Below the pieces are notes generated by a model. The model did no database searches. It was not told the origin of the DNA and worked only from the letters and a program-made list of their open reading frames with translations. A stretch of DNA of 40,738 nucleotides from Vampirovibrionia bacterium (GTDB lineage Bacteria > Cyanobacteriota > Vampirovibrionia > LMEP-6097). Where the stretch lies: the NCBI GenBank assembly GCA_049314535.1, contig JBMOEX010000002.1:1-40738 (forward strand), read 5' to 3'. Every line of letters starts with the position of its first letter. The stretch's first letter is position 1. This document shows, piece after piece, positions 18,096 through 25,581 of the stretch. The position numbers were made by a program, and so were the translations under genes.

Positions 18096-19424
18096 CTAAA
18101 AAAGGAGAGAAAAGGGATTCTTCACGTTCAAGAGAAGTTTTGGTTTTACAACTGGAGTATGACTAAAAGTTATAGCTTTTAAAAACTCTGCTGCCACAAG
18201 ATTTAAATCAAGCTCAGCTTGGTTTGAAAATACAGTAAATATGGTATCTCCAGCTTTTACTTCATCTCCCACTTTAGCTGAAAAAGTTACACCAGCTTTA
18301 TAATCGATACCATTATTTTTTGATTTATTAAGACCAAAAGCCAGTTCATTAGCTAGGCGGCCGACTTCCTCACAGGAAATATCTTTTATAAAAGCTTTTT
18401 CAGAAGCTTTAACAGCATATTCATACTTAGCCCTATAAGTATCTTTAAAAGCCTTTAAATCGCCACCCTGTGCAGAAATCCATTCATCAAATTTCACATA
18501 GGCTTTACCAGAGGCAATCGCAGAAATAACTTCAGCCCTATCTACTAAAAGGCTAGCCAGATCAATTACTAATTCATAAGTATCATTTTTTAAAGTACCC
18601 TCAAGAATTTCTATAGCTTCCATAATTTCAAGTGAATTACCAACAGCATAACCCAATGGCTGATCCATATTAGTAATCAGGACTTTAACATCCAATTTAA
18701 GTTCACGTGCAATAGATAAAATCTCATCCTTAAGAGCTTTAGCAGAATTTAGATCTTTCATAAAAGCTCCACTGCCGCATTTGAGATCGATTAGAATGAC
18801 ATCAGCTCCACCAGCTATTTTTTTCGACATAACGCTAGAAGCGATAAGTGGTATGGAATCTACAGTAGAAGTAAGATCTCTAAGAGCATAAAGTTTTTTA
18901 TCAGCAGGCGCAAAGTCAGTGGTTTGTCCAGAGATAGCGATACCAACTTCGGCTATCTGCTTTTCAAAAGCCTGAATATCAATATCTATCTTAAACCCTG
19001 GTATAGAAAGGAGTTTATCTACAGTTCCCCCCGTATGACCAAGAGCTCCACCTGAAAATTTAGATACCTTAAACCCTAAAGCTGCAAGCAAGGGAGAAAG
19101 AACAATAGTCACTTTATCACCAACCCCGCCAGTACTGTGCTTATCAACAAAGCCTCGTGTGCTAGCCTCTCTTTCACCACTAATGTCGCAGCCTTGATCG
19201 TGCCTTTTTAATGTGAGCACATGACCACTGTAAGCCATAGCTCTTGTCAGTTCAGCCGTTTCACGATGGTTTAAACCATTTAATCTCACCGCCATTAACC
19301 AAGCACTCAACTGAAAATCAGGGATAGAAGAAATATTATTAATCAGCCAATTAATCTCATCTAGACTGTGTTCCAGTCCATTCTTTTTCTTATTAATAAT
19401 TTCCACTACACTATATTTAGACAT
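18096..19424 (-). CDS. thymidine / pyrimidine-nucleoside phosphorylase
   Basis: DKHSTGGVGDK, the SGGALGHTGGT-type motif, and a C-terminal PYNP domain pattern. Confidence 0.9.
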   Translation of the reverse strand: MSKYSVVEIINKKKNGLEHSLDEINWLINNISSIPDFQLSAWLMAVRLNGLNHRETAELTRAMAYSGHVLTLKRHDQGCDISGEREASTRGFVDKHSTGGVGDKVTIVLSPLLAALGFKVSKFSGGALGHTGGTVDKLLSIPGFKIDIDIQAFEKQIAEVGIAISGQTTDFAPADKKLYALRDLTSTVDSIPLIASSVMSKKIAGGADVILIDLKCGSGAFMKDLNSAKALKDEILSIARELKLDVKVLITNMDQPLGYAVGNSLEIMEAIEILEGTLKNDTYELVIDLASLLVDRAEVISAIASGKAYVKFDEWISAQGGDLKAFKDTYRAKYEYAVKASEKAFIKDISCEEVGRLANELAFGLNKSKNNGIDYKAGVTFSAKVGDEVKAGDTIFTVFSNQAELDLNLVAAEFLKAITFSHTPVVKPKLLLNVKNPFSLLF

Positions 19425-19474
19425 TAAGAACCAACGAAAGAAGTTAGATAATTAAAACTCTGAAGCTCTTAATA

Positions 19475-20368
19475 TCAAGCTAAAGCAGCAGAGCCACCTA
19501 CGATCTCTGATATTTCCTGAGTAATAGCTGACTGACGAGCCTTATTATAAGAAAGGAGCAGCTTCTTAATAACTGCATCAGCATTATTACTAGCATTATT
19601 CATCGCGGTCATTCTTGAAGCTAGCTCACTAGTAGTGGCATCAAGAATATCCGTATAAACGGTGTTATTTAAATACATCGGAGTTAGAGTATCAATTAAA
19701 GCTCTAGCATTAGGTTCTAGAATCACATCACTAGACTGAACAGAATTAGCTGAGCTCTGCGGCTTTTCTACTGGAAGAAAGTTTTTAATTTCAGCCACAC
19801 TATTAACCATACTAATAAAGCGTGTAGAAATTACTTCTACTTTCTGAACTTCATTTGAAGTAAATTTCTCAGCAGCAAATGTACTAATTTCTTCCACTAA
19901 CTCTAAACTAGGTTTAGTTTGTAAGTTTATATATGATCGAAGAACCTCTACTCCTTGTTCTTTATACATGATCTTAGAGAAGGCATCAGTAGCTTTTCTG
20001 CCGATAGTAAGCAGAGATATTTTCAATCCCTCTGACTGTAAATCTTTAATTCTTTTTCTAGCAAGCTTAAGAATATTAGCATTATACGGGCCACACAGAC
20101 CTATATCCGAAGAAATTACAATCAATAAAACACTTTCAACCTTAGTAATTTTTTTCAGCAAAGGATTCTGGTCCAGCTCTTCCTGATCTAAACATCCCTG
20201 AAGTTGAGTGTAAAGCTGTTTAACACCATTTGCATAAGGTCTAGCAGCCTTAATTAACTTTTGCATTTTATTTACCTTCGCCGCAGCGACAAGTTTCATC
20301 GCAGCCGTAATCTTCTTGGTTTTTTTAGTGCTATTAATTTTAAGTTTAATTTCTTTAAGACTAGCCAT
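19475..20368 (-). CDS. atpG: F-type ATP synthase gamma subunit
   Basis: N-terminal MASLKEIKLKINSTKKTKKITAAMKLVAAAK and C-terminal LLLSYNKARQSAITQEISEIVGGSAA are the canonical gamma-subunit ends. Confidence 0.85.
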   Translation of the reverse strand: MASLKEIKLKINSTKKTKKITAAMKLVAAAKVNKMQKLIKAARPYANGVKQLYTQLQGCLDQEELDQNPLLKKITKVESVLLIVISSDIGLCGPYNANILKLARKRIKDLQSEGLKISLLTIGRKATDAFSKIMYKEQGVEVLRSYINLQTKPSLELVEEISTFAAEKFTSNEVQKVEVISTRFISMVNSVAEIKNFLPVEKPQSSANSVQSSDVILEPNARALIDTLTPMYLNNTVYTDILDATTSELASRMTAMNNASNNADAVIKKLLLSYNKARQSAITQEISEIVGGSAALA

Positions 20369-20391
20369 ACAGTCTAACTATTTTAGCTTAA

Positions 20392-20409
20392 TCAAGACCG
20401 ATGCACAAC
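20392..20409 (-). repeat. short dispersed motif (copy 2 of 3), 23 nt upstream of the atpG start codon
   Basis: TCAAGACCGATGCACAAC on the plus strand, which is GTTGTGCATCGGTCTTGA in the sense of the minus-strand genes. Confidence 0.5.
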
Positions 20410-20473
20410 TCCATGTTCTCTTCAACATTAAAACCGCAAACTCAAGATTAAGTCTCCATAAACTAAAATTAAG

Positions 20474-21394
20474 CTATGCTAACGCCCTTGATAAATAATT
20501 TTGATTAATCTTTAATAAATCAGTAGCAGACTCAAAATCTAATCCTTTCTTAAGATAAAGAACAGCCTGTTTAACTCTATTATTAGATAAAGCTAAAGCC
20601 TGCTCAGCTAAAGGCTTATCACAGTCCGTAATTAAGCTTACTAATCTAATAGCTCTCTCCTTGAGCTTTTTATTACTCACCTTAACATCTATCATTAGGT
20701 TACCAAAGGTTTTACCTAACTTAACCATAACTGAAGTACTTATAATATTAAGTACCATCTTCTGCGAGGTTCCAGCTTTAAGCCTAGTACTACCTGAAAG
20801 TATCTCAGGACCAGTATCTAAAAAAATAGAATAATCCGCATATTTAATAATCTCAGCTCCATGATTATTGGTCAGTACCGCTGTCTTAGCACCATATTCT
20901 CTCGCTGCTTTTAAAGCTCCTATAACATAAGCTGCTCCACCGCTAGCCGAAATACCGATAACCACATCATGGCACTGCTCACGAACTCCAATTTCTGCGT
21001 TTTCGCTACTCTTTAAATTCATCTTCGCTAAAACATCAGCATAACCAGCAGCTTCATCATCTTCGGCTCCTTCTACTGCATACTGGATGGCTCTTTCACC
21101 ACCAGCGATAATAGCTTTCACTAAATCTGGCTCAGTAGAAAAAGTAGGCGGACATTCTACTGCATCTAAAACACCAAGACGCCCACTAGTACCAGCTCCC
21201 ACATAAATCAATGATCCACCCTGTCTTAAAGATTCACTAACAACTTCGATGACCATTCCGATATCTTCTTTAACATCAGCAATGGCTTTTAAAATCTGTT
21301 GGTGATCATCCACAAAGAGCTGAACTAAATCAGAGGAGTTTAACTGATCTAAATTTTCAGAAAGTGGGTTTACCGATTCTGTTATGGGCAGCAT
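20474..21394 (-). CDS. murQ: N-acetylmuramic acid 6-phosphate etherase carrying a partial repeat insert
   Basis: SIS-domain motifs YVGAGTSGRLGVLDA, ECPPTF, VIGISASG and LSGSTRLKAGTSQK. About 12 extra residues (ENAEIGVREQCH) lie directly before DVVIGISASG. Confidence 0.85.
   Translation of the reverse strand: MLPITESVNPLSENLDQLNSSDLVQLFVDDHQQILKAIADVKEDIGMVIEVVSESLRQGGSLIYVGAGTSGRLGVLDAVECPPTFSTEPDLVKAIIAGGERAIQYAVEGAEDDEAAGYADVLAKMNLKSSENAEIGVREQCHDVVIGISASGGAAYVIGALKAAREYGAKTAVLTNNHGAEIIKYADYSIFLDTGPEILSGSTRLKAGTSQKMVLNIISTSVMVKLGKTFGNLMIDVKVSNKKLKERAIRLVSLITDCDKPLAEQALALSNNRVKQAVLYLKKGLDFESATDLLKINQNYLSRALA
20971..21005 (-). repeat. truncated L module of the repeat family, in-frame inside murQ
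   Basis: GGCACTGCTCACGAACTCCAATTTCTGCGTTTTCG matches the first 35 nt of the L module in the ABC ATPase gene with 1 mismatch. Confidence 0.8.
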
Positions 21395-22608
21395 TATTTA
21401 CACTCTCCTTGATACAGCAGACAAGACACCTTATGGCACTGCTCGCGAACTCCAATTTCTGCGTTTTCGTCGTCCTCATGATCCTCATGTAAGCTTGATA
21501 AATCAAGCTTGTATTTCTGCTTGCTCGGATATGAGCCACTTACATGGCTCGCATCCTCGGCATCGCTAGAAATTACCCGTACACTGCGGTCATTCGTCCT
21601 CCTCAGCCTTGAACTTGCACGTTCGCAAGCAGTGCCATTTTGGGGCTGCTCACGAGCTTCAATTTCTGCGTTTTCGTCGTCCTCATGATCCTCTAAAAGT
21701 GGATCATTGATCTCACAAGCCTCAAAGCATTCAGGACATCTAGTGCGGAAAGCACAACCACTCGGTATTTTAGTTGCACTGGGTATTTCACCATACAAAA
21801 AAGTACGCTCCCTATCACGCTTAGTCGGGTCTGGGAGTGGGGCTGAGCTTAAAAGAGCTTTAGTGTAAGGATGCAAAGGATTACGAAAGAGATCATCTTT
21901 AGCTGCTATTTCAACTATTTTTCCTAGATACATAACAGCTACTCTATCTGCGATAAACTTAGCCACGGCTAAATCATGAGTAATAAAAAGAAAACTAATA
22001 CCCAGCTCCCGCTTAAGCTTCAGCATTAAATTCAATATAGTCCACTGAATCGATACATCTAAAGCACTCACAGCTTCATCTGCAATAATCAATTTAGGAT
22101 TACAAGCTATCGCTCTAGCTATACAGACTCGCTGATTTTGTCCACCTGAACACTGATGTGGATATTTAGAAGCAAGCTCAGCATCAAGTTCAACAAGCTG
22201 CATAAGCTCAAATACTCTTTCTTTAATATTCTTTTCTTTATTTATTCTCAAGGGTTCAGCAATAGAATCAAAAATTTTAAAGCGAGGATCTAAGCTACTA
22301 AAAGGATTCTGGAAAATCATCTGTAAACTTTTTCTTTTATCTAAAAGCTTAGATCCATGAAGATGTAAAAAATCTTCACCTTCAAAATTAATCTCACCAG
22401 AGTCTGGCTCAGTGAGACGAGTTATAAGTCTTGCTAAAGTGGATTTACCGCAGCCAGATTCGCCTACCAAAACTAATATCTCAGCTTTATCAATAGATAA
22501 ATCCACTCCCCTCACGACTTGAAGAAGCTCTTTAGTCGCTAAGCCCCATCCCCCATCTTTTGAGATAGAAAAAGATTTAGATAAATTTTTAACCTCTAAT
22601 AAAGCCAC
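21394..22608 (-). CDS. ABC transporter ATP-binding protein, oligopeptide/dipeptide (OppF/DppF) type, with a composite repeat insert of about 85 aa near the C-terminus
   Basis: Walker A GESGCGKST, signature SGGQNQR, Walker B IIADEA, and the Opp-type C-terminal Cys motif CAFRTRCPECFEAC. The family-typical end H-x-V-x-C (HKVSCLLY) reappears after the insert. GTG start. The stop codon overlaps the murQ ATG (TAATG). Confidence 0.85.
   Translation of the reverse strand: MALLEVKNLSKSFSISKDGGWGLATKELLQVVRGVDLSIDKAEILVLVGESGCGKSTLARLITRLTEPDSGEINFEGEDFLHLHGSKLLDKRKSLQMIFQNPFSSLDPRFKIFDSIAEPLRINKEKNIKERVFELMQLVELDAELASKYPHQCSGGQNQRVCIARAIACNPKLIIADEAVSALDVSIQWTILNLMLKLKRELGISFLFITHDLAVAKFIADRVAVMYLGKIVEIAAKDDLFRNPLHPYTKALLSSAPLPDPTKRDRERTFLYGEIPSATKIPSGCAFRTRCPECFEACEINDPLLEDHEDDENAEIEAREQPQNGTACERASSRLRRTNDRSVRVISSDAEDASHVSGSYPSKQKYKLDLSSLHEDHEDDENAEIGVREQCHKVSCLLYQGECK
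21435..21636 (-). repeat. full L+R repeat element, long form (88-nt internal segment replaces the 7-nt joint)
   Basis: Arms GGCACTGCTCGCGAAC / GTTCGCAAGCAGTGCC (15/16). The ACTG...CAGT anchor span is 196 nt, against 115 nt in both short copies, a difference of 81 nt or 27 codons. Confidence 0.85.
21642..21693 (-). repeat. solo L module, 5 nt from the long element, in-frame in the same CDS
   Basis: GGGGCTGCTCACGAGCTTCAATTTCTGCGTTTTCGTCGTCCTCATGATCCTC. It encodes DHEDDENAEIEAREQP. Confidence 0.85.
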
Positions 22609-22628
22609 TATTTAAGAACATAACATAT

Positions 22629-22646
22629 TCAAGACCGCTGCACAAC
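22629..22646 (-). repeat. short dispersed motif (copy 3 of 3), 20 nt upstream of the ABC ATPase start codon
   Basis: TCAAGACCGCTGCACAAC on the plus strand. Confidence 0.5.
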
Positions 22647-22715
22647 GTGCGTTTTCAAGACTAGGAAGAACGATCAAAAATTAGAAGAAAGTTTTTTACA
22701 GATTAAAATGGTATT

Positions 22716-23633
22716 TTGGTATTAGTGGGAAAAAATATTTTAAATCTCTCAATAATCGGTGCTGGAGCTATGGGTTCAGCGATAGCCTCTGGTGTTCATT
22801 TAGCTCAAAAAAAATTATTAGCTAACCAAGAAATTAAAGTTCCCGAGCGATACGAAAACACAGAAGTTAAACTGAGTATCTGCAATCGCAGTCAAGAAAA
22901 ATTAAATGAGTTAAGTCAAAAGATAGACTTCACCGCTTACGAAAAAATCGAGAAGATGCTTAGTGTAGAGAAACCAAACCTACTGATCATCGCAGTTAAG
23001 CCAAAAGATATTTCTGAAATCCTAAATTCTTTAAAAAGCATAAGCAGTGAATGTATTATCGTCTCCGTCCTCGCTGGAATAAATATAAAAACGATAGAAG
23101 ATAGATTTCCATTTAATCCAATTTTCAGAGCCATGCCTAACACACCAGCTCAAATCGGCTCTGGGATTACGGCTCTAACCTACAATAAGCACTGTAATGA
23201 TGAACATAGAAACTTAGTACAAGAAATTTTTCATGCTGTAGGTGACGTTATCTTCATAGATGATGAAAATAAAATGCATGCGATTACAGCTCTCTCTGGA
23301 TCTGGTCCAGCCTATTTTTTCTTTCTTGCAGAAGCTTTAATTCAGGCTGGAATCAATCAAGGACTTAGCTTAGAGGAAGCCAGTATTTTAGTAAATAAAA
23401 CCTTTCTTGGTTCAGGACTATTACTAAATTCCTGCAACGAGGGAGCTATTAACGAATCTGTGAATTCAAGATCGAGCAATCCAAGCCCAGAAACACTTAG
23501 GAAGGCAGTCACCAGCCCAAATGGCACTACCCATGCTGCTATTAGCAGTTTAGAAAATAATAGATTTTTAGAAATAATTAATCAAGCAATTCAAGCAGCA
23601 AGTCAAAGATCCAAAGAATTAGCTGTAAATTAA
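22716..23633 (+). CDS. proC: pyrroline-5-carboxylate reductase
   Basis: NADP fold IIGAGAMGSAIA, AVKPKD, MPNTPAQIGSG, SGSGPAYFFF and VTSPNGTT. The start is uncertain: TTG at 22716, or GTG at 22725. Confidence 0.85.
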   Translation: MVLVGKNILNLSIIGAGAMGSAIASGVHLAQKKLLANQEIKVPERYENTEVKLSICNRSQEKLNELSQKIDFTAYEKIEKMLSVEKPNLLIIAVKPKDISEILNSLKSISSECIIVSVLAGINIKTIEDRFPFNPIFRAMPNTPAQIGSGITALTYNKHCNDEHRNLVQEIFHAVGDVIFIDDENKMHAITALSGSGPAYFFFLAEALIQAGINQGLSLEEASILVNKTFLGSGLLLNSCNEGAINESVNSRSSNPSPETLRKAVTSPNGTTHAAISSLENNRFLEIINQAIQAASQRSKELAVN

Positions 23634-23655
23634 AAGATTACTAGCTTAAATCTGC

Positions 23656-25014
23656 TTAAATTAAACCTTTAGCCCACTTAGCATTTGTCATGTAAATAAA
23701 ACACGGTATGAATAAAACAATCCAATAGAGCCATTCACTAGCCCAAGCCCAGATTAACGATAGATGAAGCTGCTCTAAAACTATATAGTTATATACGGAG
23801 TATATAATTACGGCTAAAAGCTCAGCTAGTAAAGCAGTTTTAGTATGACCAGTACCAACCACCGCATTCATCCATATAGTCGAAAATGAAGTAATAAAGA
23901 GTCCAACTAGAACCACTTTCAAAACTGGAGCAGCTGCTGTAATAAAACCCTCACCCTGACCATAAATACCCAGCCAGAAATTTAAATTCATCAGAACTAA
24001 AACACATGAAATCAAAGCGAAAATTGCCGACAATCGCGATATCTTCCAAACCAAGTCCAGCACAGCATCTCGCTTACCCTGCCCAATTAAATTACTTACC
24101 ATCGTGTTAGTAGTCGCAGAAAAAGCCCAAGTAAAACAGCCGAATAAACCTAGAATATTTCTCATAGTATTAGAAATAGCTAGTTCGAGTGAACCATAAT
24201 GCTCCACTAAAATGTAAAAATACTCCCAACTGAGTATACTGATAGCGTACTGAAGGATTAAAGGTGATGACTGCTTTAGGATAATCTTACAGACAGAGAA
24301 ATCTAAACTTCTGGGTTTAAATAATTTAAAAGTATTTTTAATACCACTGATATTTAAAACTAAATAAATAACCAGAAGTCCTGAAAATTCAGCTATTAAT
24401 GAAGCATAAGCTGCACCATTAAAACCTAATTCAGGAAAACCAAATTTACCATAAATTAAAACATAATCAAAGAATATATTTACAAGCGTTTCAATAAAAG
24501 TACCAATAATCAAAAGACGTGAATTATTAGTACCGACTAAAAGCGTGTTGCCAAGCTGATATAAATAAAGAAAAAACAAACCCCAAATTCGAATTTTAAG
24601 AAAACTAAAGGCAGCTACAAAGTTACTAAAATCTTTTAAAGAAGAGGCTAGTATTGGAGCAGCAAAAATATATGTGAAAAGCAATCCCAATAAGGCTATT
24701 AAAAAACTTAAAATGACTCCTTGATAAAAAAGCTTACCTATCTCATCTGGATTATTCTCTCCAGCTCGCCTGGCGATAAGGACTCTGACACCATTACTAA
24801 AGCCCATACCAACCACAGCAAAGATTAGGTAATAAATACCAGTTAAACCAGCCAGCCCTAGAGCTTTCTCACCAAGCGTACCAAGAAAAATATTATTAAT
24901 AACGAAATTAAACTGTGGCACCACAATAGCAGCAGCTATAGGCAGGGCAATACCCAAAATCTCTCGATTAGAAGATTTCACTTGAAGATTTTTACTACTG
25001 TTGGTACTGAGCAT
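23656..25014 (-). CDS. MATE family efflux transporter
   Basis: 452 aa with about 12 predicted TM helices and an N-terminal ILGIALPIAAAIVVPQFNFVINNIFLG pattern typical of MatE. Confidence 0.8.
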   Translation of the reverse strand: MLSTNSSKNLQVKSSNREILGIALPIAAAIVVPQFNFVINNIFLGTLGEKALGLAGLTGIYYLIFAVVGMGFSNGVRVLIARRAGENNPDEIGKLFYQGVILSFLIALLGLLFTYIFAAPILASSLKDFSNFVAAFSFLKIRIWGLFFLYLYQLGNTLLVGTNNSRLLIIGTFIETLVNIFFDYVLIYGKFGFPELGFNGAAYASLIAEFSGLLVIYLVLNISGIKNTFKLFKPRSLDFSVCKIILKQSSPLILQYAISILSWEYFYILVEHYGSLELAISNTMRNILGLFGCFTWAFSATTNTMVSNLIGQGKRDAVLDLVWKISRLSAIFALISCVLVLMNLNFWLGIYGQGEGFITAAAPVLKVVLVGLFITSFSTIWMNAVVGTGHTKTALLAELLAVIIYSVYNYIVLEQLHLSLIWAWASEWLYWIVLFIPCFIYMTNAKWAKGLI

Positions 25015-25480
25015 TTACCTGAGCCATATTTAATATCTCATCCCATTCTTCTTTAGCGACTGGCTGCACTGATAGGCGAGAACCTTTCTGTACTAGCTTC
25101 ATATCTTTCAGTTTAGGATTAGCCTTTATCGCTTCAAGAGAAATAAAAGGTAAATCCTGAATGTGTTTTACATCTACTAACCACCAACGTGGATTATTTA
25201 TATCGCTCTGTGGATCATAATATTTAGATTTTTTATCAAACTGCGTAGGATCTGGATATGCTTCTTTAGTAACGACTTCCACTATGCCAATAACACCAGG
25301 TGGCTTAGCGTTACTGTGATAAAAAAATGCTTTATCGCCAGTCTTCATCTCCTTCATCATAATATTTCTAGCTTGATAGTTTCTAACACCATCCCACATA
25401 TCAGTTTTATTCGGGAGAGACTTTAAATCATCTATAGAAAAAGATGACGGTTCTGATTTTATAAGCCAGTAATTACTCAT
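24995..25480 (-). CDS. EVE domain protein
   Basis: YWLIKSEP...W.GVRNYQARN...GD.AFFYHS and a GVIGIVEVV core are characteristic of the EVE / PUA-like fold. Confidence 0.8.
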   Translation of the reverse strand: MSNYWLIKSEPSSFSIDDLKSLPNKTDMWDGVRNYQARNIMMKEMKTGDKAFFYHSNAKPPGVIGIVEVVTKEAYPDPTQFDKKSKYYDPQSDINNPRWWLVDVKHIQDLPFISLEAIKANPKLKDMKLVQKGSRLSVQPVAKEEWDEILNMAQVNAQYQQ

Positions 25481-25581
25481 AAATTAAATCTTAGCGAAAA
25501 GTGAAGAAATGCTTTTAAATTTTACAACTAAATCGTTTAAGGGCTTACAAAATAGACATAATTTACGCTAGTATATTATCC

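Noticed and set aside
19150-19215. Extra residues of about 18 aa (KRHDQGCDISGEREASTRG) before DKHSTGG in the nucleoside phosphorylase, considered as a degraded copy of the repeat
   Set aside because: Only a 9-nt identity (CAGCCTTGA) to the R module is present. This is too short to separate from chance, and neither arm structure nor core similarity is visible.
21357-21569. Two about 60-aa ORFs (21357-21539 minus, 21384-21569 plus) at the murQ / ABC ATPase junction
   Set aside because: They lie inside the composite repeat insert. The repeat is open in one frame on each strand (the plus strand reads QFLRFRRPHDPHV), which produces shadow ORFs. The ABC ATPase frame is the one that reconnects to a conserved C-terminus.
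21455-21693. Possible CRISPR-like spacing of the two identical CAATTTCTGCGTTTTCGTCGTCCTCATGATCCTC segments, 206 nt apart
   Set aside because: There are only two units. They lie inside a CDS and belong to the larger L/R palindromic element also found at unlinked loci. No cas genes are present.
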